Below are positions 39,773 through 51,164 of a DNA stretch of 64,000 bases, piece by piece. Position 1 is the stretch's first letter. Every line of letters starts with the position of its first letter. Below the pieces are notes generated by a model, which did no database searches, was not told the origin of the DNA, and saw only the letters and a program-made list of their open reading frames with translations. The position numbers and the translations under genes are program-made. The DNA comes from an uncultured Alphaproteobacteria bacterium (GTDB taxonomy: Bacteria > Pseudomonadota > Alphaproteobacteria > Rhodobacterales > Rhodobacteraceae): NCBI GenBank assembly GCA_963765555.1, contig CAVXWX010000007.1, positions 2,313 through 66,312 on the forward strand, in the 5' to 3' direction.

Positions 39773-40393
39773 ATGCAACCAGAAGCGGTGATCTTTGACA
39801 TCGGAAACGTGTTGATCGAATGGCAACCGGAACGGTTTTATGATCGCGTGATCGGCGCGGATCGTCGCCGCGCCATGTTCTCCGAAGTGGACCTGCACGG
39901 CATGAACGACAAGGTTGATCTGGGCGGGCACTTTACCGAAACCATTTATGGCACCGCCGAAGAATACCCTGAATGGCGCACCGAAATACGGATGTGGCAT
40001 GACCACTGGATCGAACTGGCCTCGCCCGCGATCGACCATTCGGTACGTCTGAAATCGGCGTTGCGCGCCAAAGGCATCCCCGTCTTTTCGCTGACCAATT
40101 TTGGCATCCAAAGCTTTGATTACGCGGCCACACAATACCCGTTTCTGGCGGAATTCGACCGCCAGTACATTTCAGGCCATATGAAGGTGATCAAACCGGA
40201 TCCGGAAATATACCGAATGGTCGAAGCGGATTGCGGCATAGACCCGACCGCCCTTTTGTTCGCCGACGACCGTCCGGACAATATTGCAATGGCTGCATCG
40301 CGCGGATGGCAGACGCATTTGTTTGATGGCCCCCAGGGCTGGGCCGATGCGCTTGTCACGCACGGATTATTGACACCACAGGAGGCCGCATAA
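39773..40393 (+). CDS. HAD-family hydrolase
   Basis: FDIGNV, LTN, KPDPEIY, FADD. Confidence 0.88.
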   Translation: MQPEAVIFDIGNVLIEWQPERFYDRVIGADRRRAMFSEVDLHGMNDKVDLGGHFTETIYGTAEEYPEWRTEIRMWHDHWIELASPAIDHSVRLKSALRAKGIPVFSLTNFGIQSFDYAATQYPFLAEFDRQYISGHMKVIKPDPEIYRMVEADCGIDPTALLFADDRPDNIAMAASRGWQTHLFDGPQGWADALVTHGLLTPQEAA

Positions 40394-40394
40394 A

Positions 40395-41313
40395 ATGACC
40401 CTGACACAAATCCCGTTTGAGGCCGGTGATGCCTTGCTGGACTGGTCGGAATTGGCGCAGGCTTTGGAACAGGGCCATACACTGCCAAAGGCTGAAATTG
40501 GCGACACGTTTTTGTATCGGGGCAAGGATACGTTGCTATCGCGCGCAGCGTGGATCGACGGCATGGGCGTTGCGGTGAAATCGGCCACAATCTATCCTGA
40601 CAACCCCGCGCAAGGCAGGCCGATGATCAACGGCGCGGTTTGTCTTTATGCTGATGAAACCGGCATGCTGGAAGCGCTGATCGATTTCCATCTGGTCACC
40701 AAATGGAAAACTGTGGGCGACAGCCTGCTTGCCGCCACGAAACTGGCACGTGCCGATAGCAAAACAATCCTGATCGTGGGCGCGGGAACCGTGGGCCGTT
40801 CGGTTCATGCAGCCTTTGGCCCCGCCTTTCCCGACGCAAAATTCGAGATTTGGAACCGCACAACCGCAACGGCCGAAACCATGGCCGCAGACCTGCCGAA
40901 CCTGACAGTTGTGACCGATCTGGAAAACGCAGTGCGCCGCGCAGACATCATCGTGACCGCGACGATGTCCACGACGCCGTTGATCAAGGGCGAATGGCTG
41001 CAGCCGGGCCAACACCTGAACATGATTGGGGCCTACCGCCCCGACATGCGCGAGGCGGATGATACCGCGCTTGAACGCGCCCGGATTTTTGTCGACAGCT
41101 ACGACACCACAATCGGCCATATCGGAGAGTTGAAAATCCCGATCGAGGCCGGTGTGATCGCGAACATCCGATCTTGTGGCCGACTATTACGATATGGGCG
41201 CATTCAAACGCGCATCGGATGATGAAATCACCCTGTTCAAAAACGGGGGTGGTGCACATCTGGACCTGATGACAAGCCGCTATATTCTGGAAAAGTGGAT
41301 GGCAGCCGCATGA
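40395..41313 (+). CDS. Ornithine cyclodeaminase/mu-crystallin family protein, one frameshift near 41165
   Basis: GAGTVG, WNRT, GAYRPDMRE; C-terminus ITLFKNGGGAHLD in the next frame, ending at 41313. Confidence 0.85.
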
Positions 41314-42248
41314 TTTTCTTCTGGGGCGTATTGCTGATCATAGTGGGTGTTCTGGTCGCACTGCCGTTCGCCCGCGAAGAAATGCGCCGCAAAATGGGCC
41401 CTGAAGAACGTAAGACCGCCCCGGGTCGCTTTGTAACGCTGTCCCAAGGTGTCACGCATTATGAATGGCTGGGGCCTGTCCGCGGCCCGGTGGCCGTGTG
41501 TGTGCACGGGCTGACAACACCGTCTTATGTCTGGCGCGGCATGGGGCGGGGCCTTGCCTTGATGGGGTATCGTGTTCTGATTTATGATCTTTACGGGCGC
41601 GGATATTCCGATCGCCCGTCCGGGCTTCAAAACGGGCAGTTCTTCAATACACAATTGGCAGAGCTTTTGGATGATCAGGGCATCAAGGATGATATCACCC
41701 TGTTGGGTTATTCAATGGGCGGGGCCATCGTCGCTTCTTTCACCGCCCGTCATCCCGAAAAAATCCGCCATTTGATCCTGATTGCACCAGCGGGCATCGC
41801 CATAATTCGCAGCAGGATGTACGATTTTTGCACACGCACCCAGATCGTGGGGGAATGGTTAATGCTCGCGCTGTTTCCGTATTTTCACCGCAAAGGTGTG
41901 AACAAGGAAAAAAACCTGCCCAGTTCGGTAGAGAACATTACGACCCTTCAAAAGGCGGAATTGAAATATCAGGGCTTTGTCGCCGCCGTTCTGAGCAGCC
42001 TGCGTGGCATTCTGGCCGTACCGCTTGAAGACGAGCATCGCATCATTCACGCAGCCGGCGTTCCGGTTCTGGCGGTATGGGGCCGCCACGATGATGTCAT
42101 ACCGCTGAGTGCCGTCGGAAAACTGACCGAGTGGAGCAGAAACGCGCGTCAGGAAGTGATTGAAGATGCCGGCCATGGCCTGACTTATACCCACACCGAT
42201 GCGGTGCTGGCCGCGATGAGTGATGTGTTGCGGGACGGACTGCGTTAG
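41310..42248 (+). CDS. Alpha/beta hydrolase with N-terminal anchor
   Basis: VHG, DLYGRGYS, GYSMGG, D and AGH catalytic positions. Confidence 0.88.
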   Translation: MIFFWGVLLIIVGVLVALPFAREEMRRKMGPEERKTAPGRFVTLSQGVTHYEWLGPVRGPVAVCVHGLTTPSYVWRGMGRGLALMGYRVLIYDLYGRGYSDRPSGLQNGQFFNTQLAELLDDQGIKDDITLLGYSMGGAIVASFTARHPEKIRHLILIAPAGIAIIRSRMYDFCTRTQIVGEWLMLALFPYFHRKGVNKEKNLPSSVENITTLQKAELKYQGFVAAVLSSLRGILAVPLEDEHRIIHAAGVPVLAVWGRHDDVIPLSAVGKLTEWSRNARQEVIEDAGHGLTYTHTDAVLAAMSDVLRDGLR

Positions 42249-43486
42249 GCCGATTGCAGCGTACCGATCGGTTTTTCCCGAATAGGCAGATGCACGATCG
42301 CGCTGAACGCACCAACACCGACCCCGATCCACCACACCAAAGTGTAATCACCGAAGACATCATACAACCGCCCGCCCAGCCAGACGCCCAGAAAACTGCC
42401 GATCTGGTGGCTGAGAAAGACAAAACCGTACAGCGTACCCATGTAGCGAACGCCGTATATATATGCGACGAGGCCTGACGTAAGCGGAACCGTCGCCAGC
42501 CACAATGTGCCCATCGTGATTGAAAATACGATAACCGTCAGTGGCGTAATCGGAAACATGATAAACAAAGCCGCAACTATGGTGCGACCGACATAAATAC
42601 CGGCCAATAGATACTTTTTCGGAAACCGGCTGCCGGCCCATCCCGCCAAAAGGGTTCCCGCAATATTGGCCGCACCGATCAAAGAGATTGAAACCGCACC
42701 AAGGGCTGAAGTGGTTGTGATCCCCATGGAATACAGCATCCCGCCGGGTTCGATCGGGCCGCATAGTTCGGTCACGAAAGCGGGGAAATGCGCCGTGATG
42801 AATGCCACCTGATACCCACAACTAAAGAAGCCGACGAAAATCAGGATGTAGGATGGATCACGAAATGCTTGCCCCAGAACCGCACCCATAGATCGCTCGA
42901 TCTCGGCTTTGTTGACGGGTTGCGGCGTGCTCAGGAACGGCAGGGTGAACAATGTTGCAAGGATCAGGCCGGAAAACACCAGAAAGGTTGTTTGCCACGA
43001 CATCAGGCTCAGCAGCCATTCCGCCCCCGGCGGGCCGATGATTTGCCCGAAGCTGCCCGCTGCCGCCGCAATGGCAAGCGACATGGATCGGTTTTCATCC
43101 GTTGCCGCACGCCCGACAACGGCCAGAATAACGCCAAATCCGGTACCGGCAATTCCGAACCCGATCAGCCATGCATACATCTGATGGCCCAGCGGCGACG
43201 TGGAAAACGCCGTCAGAACCAGACCCAAGGCATAAACCAGAGCGCCGATCACGATGGCGCGTTTGTCACCGATCTTTTCCGCAATCGCGCCGAAAATAGG
43301 CTGCCCGATACCCCACGCCAAATTCTGGATCGCAATAGCAAGGGAAAATTCTGCGCGCAGCCAGCCCAGTTCCTCGGCTACGGGAATCTGGAAAACACCG
43401 AATGTGGCCCTGATCCCGAAACTGACGATGATAATGACGCAGCCGACAATCAGAACCGGACTGAACAACCGTGGATTGGTCTGCAT
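42245..43486 (-). CDS. MFS transporter
   Basis: 12 TM pattern, GAIAEKIGDKR motif A. Confidence 0.9.
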   Translation of the reverse strand: MQTNPRLFSPVLIVGCVIIIVSFGIRATFGVFQIPVAEELGWLRAEFSLAIAIQNLAWGIGQPIFGAIAEKIGDKRAIVIGALVYALGLVLTAFSTSPLGHQMYAWLIGFGIAGTGFGVILAVVGRAATDENRSMSLAIAAAAGSFGQIIGPPGAEWLLSLMSWQTTFLVFSGLILATLFTLPFLSTPQPVNKAEIERSMGAVLGQAFRDPSYILIFVGFFSCGYQVAFITAHFPAFVTELCGPIEPGGMLYSMGITTTSALGAVSISLIGAANIAGTLLAGWAGSRFPKKYLLAGIYVGRTIVAALFIMFPITPLTVIVFSITMGTLWLATVPLTSGLVAYIYGVRYMGTLYGFVFLSHQIGSFLGVWLGGRLYDVFGDYTLVWWIGVGVGAFSAIVHLPIREKPIGTLQSA

Positions 43487-43642
43487 GTCATTCCCCTGCT
43501 CGCTTCGCGCAGCTTTGTTCTTTGACGCACGGCGGTCAAATCAATATTTTTGCCGCTTCACATCAGATATTCTAATGAAACTGGTTTGGATCGCACCCAA
43601 GACACACTTTCCAATTGTCCAAGGCCGCGCTATCCCGATCTG

Positions 43643-44707
43643 ATGACGCGCGTTCAGGATCATTATGCAGCCAAAATCGCGGACGGCACATTGCATGCCG
43701 ATCCTGCACAAGAAGCGGTTTTACCCGAATTCGAACGCATGCGCGCCGCGCTGGCCGCGCCGGTGCGCAAGGGCCTGTTCAAAAAGGCAGCGCCCCCCCC
43801 GAAAGGTTTGTACATCTGGGGTGGCGTCGGGCGCGGCAAATCCATGCTGATGGATTTGTTTGTCGAAACCCTGCAAGATGCCGGTGTCGCTGTGCGGCGG
43901 GTCCATTTCCATGCGTTCATGCAGGAAATTCACGCTGCCATGCATGTTGCTCGAAAATCCGGCGTAGAAGACGCCATCGCGCCCGTCGCCGCAGATGTTG
44001 CAGCACAGGTCCGGCTGCTGGCGTTTGATGAAATGCAAATTTCAGATATCACCGATGCCATGATCGTCGGACGCCTGTTCGAGGCCCTGTTCGCGGCCGG
44101 GGTTGTTGTTGTCACCACATCCAACCGCGTGCCGGATGATCTATATAAGGACGGCCTGAACCGGCAATTGTTCTTGCCGTTTATCGAGCTTCTAAAAGAC
44201 AAGATGGTGGTCTGGGAATTGTCCAGCCCGACCGATTACCGCCAGAACCGGCTGGAAGGGGCGCAGGTCTATTTTACGCCAATCAACGCCGAAGCCCGCA
44301 CCGCCATCAAGGCCGTGTGGCAGGATCTGACGGGCGGCCCCGCCGGACCGCTGACATTGCACGTCAAAGGCCGCGAAGTTGAAATACCCGCCTTTCGGAA
44401 TGGCGTCGCCCGCGCCACTTTTTACGATCTCTGCGGGAAACCGCTGGGGGCCGCCGATTATCTGGCACTGGCTGAAACGGCGAAAGTCTTGGTGCTTGAG
44501 GATATTCCGCGCCTGTCGCGATCAAATTTCAACGAAGCCAAACGGTTCGTCACATTGATTGATGCGTTGTACGAGGCAGGAGTGCGGCTGGTGTGTTCTG
44601 CCGCCGCCGAACCGGAATTGCTGTATGTCGAAGGCGAAGGCACGTTTGAATTTGAACGCACGGCTTCGCGATTGCGGGAAATGCAAGCCGAGGATTGGGG
44701 GCGCTGA
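43643..44707 (+). CDS. zapE: Cell division ATPase ZapE (AFG1 family)
   Basis: GGVGRGKS, RVHFHAFM, FDE, TSNR, RF.TLID.LYE, FERTASRL. Confidence 0.92.
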   Translation: MTRVQDHYAAKIADGTLHADPAQEAVLPEFERMRAALAAPVRKGLFKKAAPPPKGLYIWGGVGRGKSMLMDLFVETLQDAGVAVRRVHFHAFMQEIHAAMHVARKSGVEDAIAPVAADVAAQVRLLAFDEMQISDITDAMIVGRLFEALFAAGVVVVTTSNRVPDDLYKDGLNRQLFLPFIELLKDKMVVWELSSPTDYRQNRLEGAQVYFTPINAEARTAIKAVWQDLTGGPAGPLTLHVKGREVEIPAFRNGVARATFYDLCGKPLGAADYLALAETAKVLVLEDIPRLSRSNFNEAKRFVTLIDALYEAGVRLVCSAAAEPELLYVEGEGTFEFERTASRLREMQAEDWGR

Positions 44708-44716
44708 AGCGTTGAG

Positions 44717-45991
44717 TTAGCCGTTTTCGCGCAAGACCGATCCGGCCAGATACAACGACCCGCAAATCACCACGCGTGCCGCAGGATCCTGTTGCGCGAT
44801 CAGGGTCAGCGCATCTTTGACAGACAGCGCGGTTTTCGCGGTCAATCCGACCCTTGCCGCCACCTCGGCTGTATCTTTGGCTTCCAGTGTATTCGCCTCA
44901 CCGGGGATGGAAACGGCAATCAAGGTGTCTGCCTGCGCTGCCATCGGGCGCAAATAGCCAGCGATGTCCTTGGTGTTCAGCATCCCGCAGATCAGATAGG
45001 TCGGGCGGCGCGGCAACGTTGATAGAAGATCGGCAATGGCATGACCGGCCGCCGGATTATGCCCCCCGTCAAGCCAAAGCTCGGTATCGGGCGCCACACG
45101 CGACAGCGGTCCTTCCGTCAGCCGCTGCATGCGCGCTGGCCACTGTGCCTTGGTGACGGCGGCCTCGCAGGCGGCATCACCCAGATCAAGATGGCGCAAC
45201 GCCGCCAATGCAGCACCGGCGTTTTCTATCTGGTGCTTGCCCAAAAGATTGGGCAGCGGCAAATCACGCAGGCCGGTTTCATCCTGATAAACCAACCGGT
45301 CCCTTTCGCGCCCGACGTGCCAATGCTGGCCGTAAACCAGCAGCGGTGCGCCTTTGCGCGCGGCAACATCCTCGATCACGTCAAGCGCGTCTTCTGTTTG
45401 CGGCCCGACAACACATGGCACACCACGCTTGATAATTCCGGCCTTTTCAAAGGCGATTTTGCCAACCGTATCACCCAGATACTGTTCATGATCCATCGAA
45501 ACAGGTGTGATGATCGTCAGGGCCGGATTTGGAATCACGTTGGTGGCGTCCAACCGCCCGCCCAATCCAACCTCTAGCAGGGTGTAATCAGCCGGAACCC
45601 GCGAAAATGCCAGCAAGGCGGCGCAGGTTGTTATCTCGAAATAGGTGATCATTTCGCTGTTATTGGCAGCGTAACATTCATCCAGCGCAACCGTCAGATC
45701 AGCTTCGGAAATCAGGGTACCTGCCAATCTGATGCGTTCATGGAACCGCGCCAGATGGGGCGACGTGTAAACATGCGCCGAAAGCCCTGCTCCTTCGATC
45801 CCGGCACGAATCATGGCAAGCGTGGACCCTTTGCCATTGGTGCCCGCCACATGAACAACAGGCGGCAATTTATCTTGTGGATTGCCCAATGCGGCAAGCA
45901 AGCGCCACATGCGATCCAGCGTTAAATCCATAACTTTGGGGTGAAGCGCCATCATCCGTTGCAGGATGATGTCCGAAGTATCGGCGCTCAT
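44717..45991 (-). CDS. folC: Folylpolyglutamate/dihydrofolate synthase
   Basis: [30 protein letters not shown]. Confidence 0.95.
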   Translation of the reverse strand: MSADTSDIILQRMMALHPKVMDLTLDRMWRLLAALGNPQDKLPPVVHVAGTNGKGSTLAMIRAGIEGAGLSAHVYTSPHLARFHERIRLAGTLISEADLTVALDECYAANNSEMITYFEITTCAALLAFSRVPADYTLLEVGLGGRLDATNVIPNPALTIITPVSMDHEQYLGDTVGKIAFEKAGIIKRGVPCVVGPQTEDALDVIEDVAARKGAPLLVYGQHWHVGRERDRLVYQDETGLRDLPLPNLLGKHQIENAGAALAALRHLDLGDAACEAAVTKAQWPARMQRLTEGPLSRVAPDTELWLDGGHNPAAGHAIADLLSTLPRRPTYLICGMLNTKDIAGYLRPMAAQADTLIAVSIPGEANTLEAKDTAEVAARVGLTAKTALSVKDALTLIAQQDPAARVVICGSLYLAGSVLRENG

Positions 45992-46929
45992 TTCGCTTTG
46001 TCAGCCTTGGGTTTTTCCGGCGCATCCTTGGCCGCGTCGTCCGCCATATCAGGCGCAGGCAAATCGCCTTTGATCGCGGGTGTCAGCCCCAAAAGCATAC
46101 GTGTGATCGTAATCAGTTCTTCGCGCAATTCGATGCGCGATGTCACACGGTCCAGCATACCGTGATCCAGCAGATATTCCGCCCGCTGGAACCCGTCCGG
46201 CAGTTTTTCACGGATGGTTTGTTCAATCACGCGCGGCCCGGCAAAACAGATCAAGGCATTGGGTTCGGCAATATGCACATCGCCCAGCATCGCATAAGAC
46301 GCTGTCACGCCCCCTGTCGTCGGATGGGTCAGAACCACGATGTAAGGCAATCCCGCTTCTTTCAGCATTTGCACCGCAACTGTCGTGCGTGGCATCTGCA
46401 TCAAGGACAGAATACCTTCCTGCATACGTGCGCCGCCCGCCGCAGAAAAAAGGATCAAGGGGCGCTTTAGTTTCACGGCCTGTTCGGCGGCCGCAATGAT
46501 CGCGTTCCCCACATACATGCCCATTGACCCCGCCATAAAGGAAAAGTCCTGCGCGGCAGCCACAATCGGAGTCCGGCCAATTTCTCCGGACGCGACAAGC
46601 ATCGCTTCTTTTTCACCGGTGGCCTTTTGCGCCGCTTTCATCCGGTCGGGATATTTTTTCTGATCACGAAACTGCAGAGGATCAACTTTGGGGGCCGGCA
46701 CCGATACTTCGCTGTAAATGCCGCCATCAAACAACCTGTCAAAGCGGTCGCGGGGCGAAATCGCCATATGATGGCCGCAGTTAGTGCACACGTTCAAATT
46801 ATCGGACAATTCCCGATGAAACAGCATCGTTCCGCATTCATCACATTTCTGCCAAAGATTTTCGGGTGTTTCACGCCGCGAAAAAATCGAATTGATCCGT
46901 GGCCGGACGTAGTTTGTGATCCAGTTCAT
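45988..46929 (-). CDS. accD: Acetyl-CoA carboxylase carboxyltransferase beta subunit
   Basis: C4 zinc finger, [24 protein letters not shown]. Confidence 0.96.
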   Translation of the reverse strand: MNWITNYVRPRINSIFSRRETPENLWQKCDECGTMLFHRELSDNLNVCTNCGHHMAISPRDRFDRLFDGGIYSEVSVPAPKVDPLQFRDQKKYPDRMKAAQKATGEKEAMLVASGEIGRTPIVAAAQDFSFMAGSMGMYVGNAIIAAAEQAVKLKRPLILFSAAGGARMQEGILSLMQMPRTTVAVQMLKEAGLPYIVVLTHPTTGGVTASYAMLGDVHIAEPNALICFAGPRVIEQTIREKLPDGFQRAEYLLDHGMLDRVTSRIELREELITITRMLLGLTPAIKGDLPAPDMADDAAKDAPEKPKADKAK

Positions 46930-46989
46930 TTCTCTGCCTTGTCTGGCCTGTGCTTGGCTTCAGATAAGGCCCTGCGCCGATAAATGCAA

Positions 46990-47895
46990 TCAGCGCCGCA
47001 GGGCCAGTCGTGCAGCAAGCCACGACACGACCATAACCGCAAAATCAACCGGGAGCCAAACCCGCAATGCCGCCTCGTCCGACATCGAAAACGGAACCGT
47101 GAAAAGCGAAAGCCCCGACAGGGTGTCAGGCAAGGATGTTATCAGCAATGCCGATACATTCGTCGCAAAATGCACCGCGATGGCAGGCCCCAATGTCCCC
47201 GATCTGGCGGTCAGGTCTGCCATAAGCAGTCCGAAACATGCCGCCCAAATTGCAATCAGAACTGCATTTGAACCGGTTTCGGCAGGAACATAATGGGCCA
47301 GCCCGAACAGAGCGGATGGCAACACCATCCACACCCAGGGACTGTTGAACCGCGCGGCCAATTGCTGCTGGACGTACCCACGAAACAGGATTTCTTCGGC
47401 ACTGGTCTGGATTAGCACCACCAACAGCGAAACCGGAAGCAGCGCGACCCAGGTTCCGACAGGCAAGTTCGGCACCAGAGGATCGTCCATCCCCCAGGGC
47501 GGCAGAACAAGAATAACCACATTCAGGATCGCCAGCGCCTTGAGCACAGCCCAGAAATCAGCGCTTGCGATCCTAAACGGCCCAATCAGGCCCAAAGGCG
47601 CGCGCCCGTGCATGACATAAGCGGCCGCACACACACCGGCTGTCATGAACCCGAAACTTGCAAGCGACACCAGCGCCGTGACCGGAGTTGTTGCGGTTTG
47701 CATCCCGTCGATAAAGCTGTTCATTTTTTCAGGCGTCATTGCAGTTTCGACACCGGTCAGGAACGCAACGTTCAGGCCCGTCATTACGAAAGCACCCAGC
47801 GCAAGCCCAAACACCAGCCGCCAAAGCTCTGACTGGGCCCGCGCTGGCGCAACCAACCGTTCATGGCGCGCGTATGATAACCTTAAAATGCTCAT
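46990..47895 (-). CDS. CPBP/Abi (CAAX protease-like) intramembrane metalloprotease
   Basis: EEILFRG, FGLAH, HFATN. Confidence 0.88.
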   Translation of the reverse strand: MSILRLSYARHERLVAPARAQSELWRLVFGLALGAFVMTGLNVAFLTGVETAMTPEKMNSFIDGMQTATTPVTALVSLASFGFMTAGVCAAAYVMHGRAPLGLIGPFRIASADFWAVLKALAILNVVILVLPPWGMDDPLVPNLPVGTWVALLPVSLLVVLIQTSAEEILFRGYVQQQLAARFNSPWVWMVLPSALFGLAHYVPAETGSNAVLIAIWAACFGLLMADLTARSGTLGPAIAVHFATNVSALLITSLPDTLSGLSLFTVPFSMSDEAALRVWLPVDFAVMVVSWLAARLALRR

Positions 47896-47907
47896 TATTG
47901 CTTCAGT

Positions 47908-50900
47908 TTACCGCGCTTCTGTTCCTTCGGTCCGGTCTTCCGGGCTTATACCGGCATGACGCAACCGTTCCGCTGCGCCGTTCAAATGCCCTGCAACAGT
48001 CTGCAGCAGGTTCATCGCCACAGCGGGGTCGCTTTCAATAACCGCACGATATTCCTGCGCGCCGATACGCAAGAACTTGGCATCCGTCATGGCAATAAGA
48101 TCCAGAGTTCGCGGCTCGTTCAGCACAATCGCCAAATCACCGATCACACGGCCCGGCTGAACTGTCGAAATCGGCCTTTTTGTGCCGTCGCTTTCCGGCC
48201 AATGCAATTCTGCCGTGCCTGACAGGCAAAGATACGCGGCATCCGCCCTTTGTCCGACCGAAAATATGCGCTGTCCGGCCTTGGCCTCGTACCATTGCGC
48301 ACTGAACGCCAACAGGCGCTGGTTCTTGCGGTCAAGACGGGAAAACAGATCGGTATTTGCGATGATACGCTGCTTGCGTTGCAAATCATCCGAACCAACA
48401 AGACTGTCAAAACTTGAATCATGGTCCGATATGGTCCCGATCCGCCCGTTTTTGATCTCCACGAAAATATCATAGCTATCCGGGTTTCGAAATTCTGCTT
48501 CCATAAAAATCTGTGTGGTGTTCGGAAGCAGTTCGCGCAGCTTTTCGCGGGTGGCTACGCGGTTTTTGTCATCATGACTGGCCAGGGCGCGATCCAGAAT
48601 CAGGATGTCGGGACGTTTGATACCGGCCCGGCTGAAAGCGGCGCGCTCCTGAATAACCTTGGGCAGATTGGCCCCGCCCAGACCTGTTTCCAGATCATAG
48701 ATCGTTTCAGACACTTTGCGCTTCAGCCCCTTCTCAAGAAGGACAGTGGCGACAACATCTTCAATCTCTTCCGCATAGGCCCCTGCAACGCGCGAAATCC
48801 GTCCATACAGGGCGTTTTCCATCAATGTCAGGCGCGGCAGATATGTATCTGGTGAAATTTCGACGAAAATATCCCTGACCTGATCGCGCAATGCAGCCGC
48901 ACGTGTCTTGCGTATCTCGACAATCTTGCGCTTGTAGCGATCCGGAAAACTGGGCCCGATCTGTTCTGCGGTCAACGCAAAAGGAACCGTCAACATCAGC
49001 GCATTTTCCTCTGACGTGAGGCTTTCAGCACCTTGTGTGCGGCGTTTTTCGGCGATCTCTATCAGTTTTTCGTACAGGTCTTCTTCGATACCCAACATCC
49101 GGAAAAGCGGGTGATCGGTGCCATCCCTGCCAAAGGTCTGATCAAGTGTATCAATCACAGCCTGAGATATCGCGATCCCATCATCCGCAAGCCCCTGTTC
49201 ATGTACAAGCGTCATGAATTTGGTGTTCGCGGCAAGCCCCGTTTGGCTGATATCCTGCAACGGGGATGCAAACATAAGGTTGCCCCCCAGCGGGATCGAC
49301 GGATTGAAACTGTCGGGGTCAAATTGATAAACGTATTGATCCAGATCGGCCTCTTTCAACCGCTCTGCCACAACTGGCCGCAGGTCAACCACCGCCTTGG
49401 CCAGATCAGGATGACGTTCCGGATCAAATGTGGATCGTACGCTGCGGCGGAACATCCCATCGTCCAGCCCCATCGTTTCAACCAGTTTGAACCACCACGC
49501 GCCGATATCATCCGGGCTGGACAGGTCTGCCAGTGACGGATCAAGCCAGTCGGATTCGAACGGGTCGACGCTGTTGCCTGTGCGCTTTGCTTCGGCTTCC
49601 TTCTTTTCGTCTGCAAATGCAAAGCCGTGCGGCATGATGTTCAGGGGCATCAACAGGTTTTCGCCCAATGTACCATCAAACAAATAGGGCTGGGAATGCG
49701 CATATCCGATCCGCGCGGCAATCACGGCCTGATGTAATTCGTTCAGGTCCTGATCGCCGATCAGCACTTTGCCGCGCGATGGCACCACTTCGCGCGTCAA
49801 CAATTCGGCAAACGCCGTCCGTTCAACCTGGCTTGACGATTTGACAGCTACGCGGGCATGCGCGGGAATATCCAGATTGATGTCTTCCAGCACGGGGTTT
49901 CCGTCACCGTCGCGCACCGTCACATCCTTGAGAGAAATCGCACCGGAAAGCCGCGGAATTTCGTCCGGACGGCCAAGAAACAGCGTCTCGTCAATCATGC
50001 CTTTGGGCGCGAACCGTTCCGCGATCAAAAGCCAGCGCAAAGACATGTCCTGTACCTGATTATAATACAACAAAAGCTCGCGCCACGGCGCGGACAGGTC
50101 CTTGTAAGCCGCCAAGGCCGCCACAAGGGCACCGACCGTAATTTCGCCTTTGATCACAAGGTACCCGCCAACAGAAAAGAAAAAGAAAGGCGTCAATTGC
50201 GTGATGAAGTTGTTCAGAAACTTCATGAAAAACTTTTTCTGATAAATCTGGAACCGGATATCGAAAAGACGGCCCAACCGGTCGGTAAATCCGGCCAGCC
50301 GGTATCGCCAACCGCCGTTGATCCGCAAATCACCGATACCTGCCGCGCTTTCCCCGATTTCCGACGCGAGATGCCGCACTTCTCCGATCCGCGCCTTGTT
50401 CAACTGGTTGATCTGGCGTTGCAGCATCGGAATCAGCCACGCCTGCAACGGAATCAGGGCAACGGACGCCAGCCCGAACCAGAAGCTTTGAACAAACAGA
50501 AAGAACAGGATGGTCAGCATTTGGCCCGCCTGAAACACCGGCTGTGCCACCGCATCCCCCATCAGCCCACCCATCGGTTCGGCCTCGGATGTGATCATTG
50601 ATACCAGCTCACCCTGGGATGTGCGCCGGAAATACGGACGCGGAAACCGCAAGATGCGGCTGATCAACTGATAGCGGAACCGACGCAACAGGCGTTCGGA
50701 CAAGACACCTTTCATCGTGTTCAGGCGCATTTTCAGCAATCCGTGCGTCAGGACTGCCGCCAGAAACGCAAAACACAAAACCATGAGGAATTGGACCTGC
50801 GTCAGTTCAACGCCGTAGGCATCAAAGGTACTGACAGTGGCACCAATCGCATCGTTGATGATCCGTTTGGGCAATTCCAGCGTCGCGTACAGAAACGGAA

Positions 50901-50982
50901 AGGTCAGCAGCGTTACCAGCAAAAGAATGATCTGGTCACGTTTGGAATACTTCCAGATAAACGCGAACAAGGTACGATCCAT
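47908..50982 (-). CDS. ABC exporter-type protein: TMD, degenerate split NBD and C-terminal cyclic-nucleotide-binding domain
   Basis: Six-TM exporter domain; IF..GQ.AD.AY...SG and PG.VIGD.A.....PRT cNMP motifs. Confidence 0.82.
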   Translation of the reverse strand: MDRTLFAFIWKYSKRDQIILLLVTLLTFPFLYATLELPKRIINDAIGATVSTFDAYGVELTQVQFLMVLCFAFLAAVLTHGLLKMRLNTMKGVLSERLLRRFRYQLISRILRFPRPYFRRTSQGELVSMITSEAEPMGGLMGDAVAQPVFQAGQMLTILFFLFVQSFWFGLASVALIPLQAWLIPMLQRQINQLNKARIGEVRHLASEIGESAAGIGDLRINGGWRYRLAGFTDRLGRLFDIRFQIYQKKFFMKFLNNFITQLTPFFFFSVGGYLVIKGEITVGALVAALAAYKDLSAPWRELLLYYNQVQDMSLRWLLIAERFAPKGMIDETLFLGRPDEIPRLSGAISLKDVTVRDGDGNPVLEDINLDIPAHARVAVKSSSQVERTAFAELLTREVVPSRGKVLIGDQDLNELHQAVIAARIGYAHSQPYLFDGTLGENLLMPLNIMPHGFAFADEKKEAEAKRTGNSVDPFESDWLDPSLADLSSPDDIGAWWFKLVETMGLDDGMFRRSVRSTFDPERHPDLAKAVVDLRPVVAERLKEADLDQYVYQFDPDSFNPSIPLGGNLMFASPLQDISQTGLAANTKFMTLVHEQGLADDGIAISQAVIDTLDQTFGRDGTDHPLFRMLGIEEDLYEKLIEIAEKRRTQGAESLTSEENALMLTVPFALTAEQIGPSFPDRYKRKIVEIRKTRAAALRDQVRDIFVEISPDTYLPRLTLMENALYGRISRVAGAYAEEIEDVVATVLLEKGLKRKVSETIYDLETGLGGANLPKVIQERAAFSRAGIKRPDILILDRALASHDDKNRVATREKLRELLPNTTQIFMEAEFRNPDSYDIFVEIKNGRIGTISDHDSSFDSLVGSDDLQRKQRIIANTDLFSRLDRKNQRLLAFSAQWYEAKAGQRIFSVGQRADAAYLCLSGTAELHWPESDGTKRPISTVQPGRVIGDLAIVLNEPRTLDLIAMTDAKFLRIGAQEYRAVIESDPAVAMNLLQTVAGHLNGAAERLRHAGISPEDRTEGTEAR

Positions 50983-51164
50983 CAGGCCAACTCCGATCTG
51001 GGTGCGCCGGACTCTTGATCAGATTTACAGAACCAGTGCCGGAATAGTGAGTTAGCGATCACAGCCGCCCATTGCAAGGATTGTGCCGGAACAAGGCATT
51101 GGCCTTGCGGTGGTCGGGACCCTTGGGTATTCCGATAAAAACCAGTTTTCAGGGAGTCCCCAAC

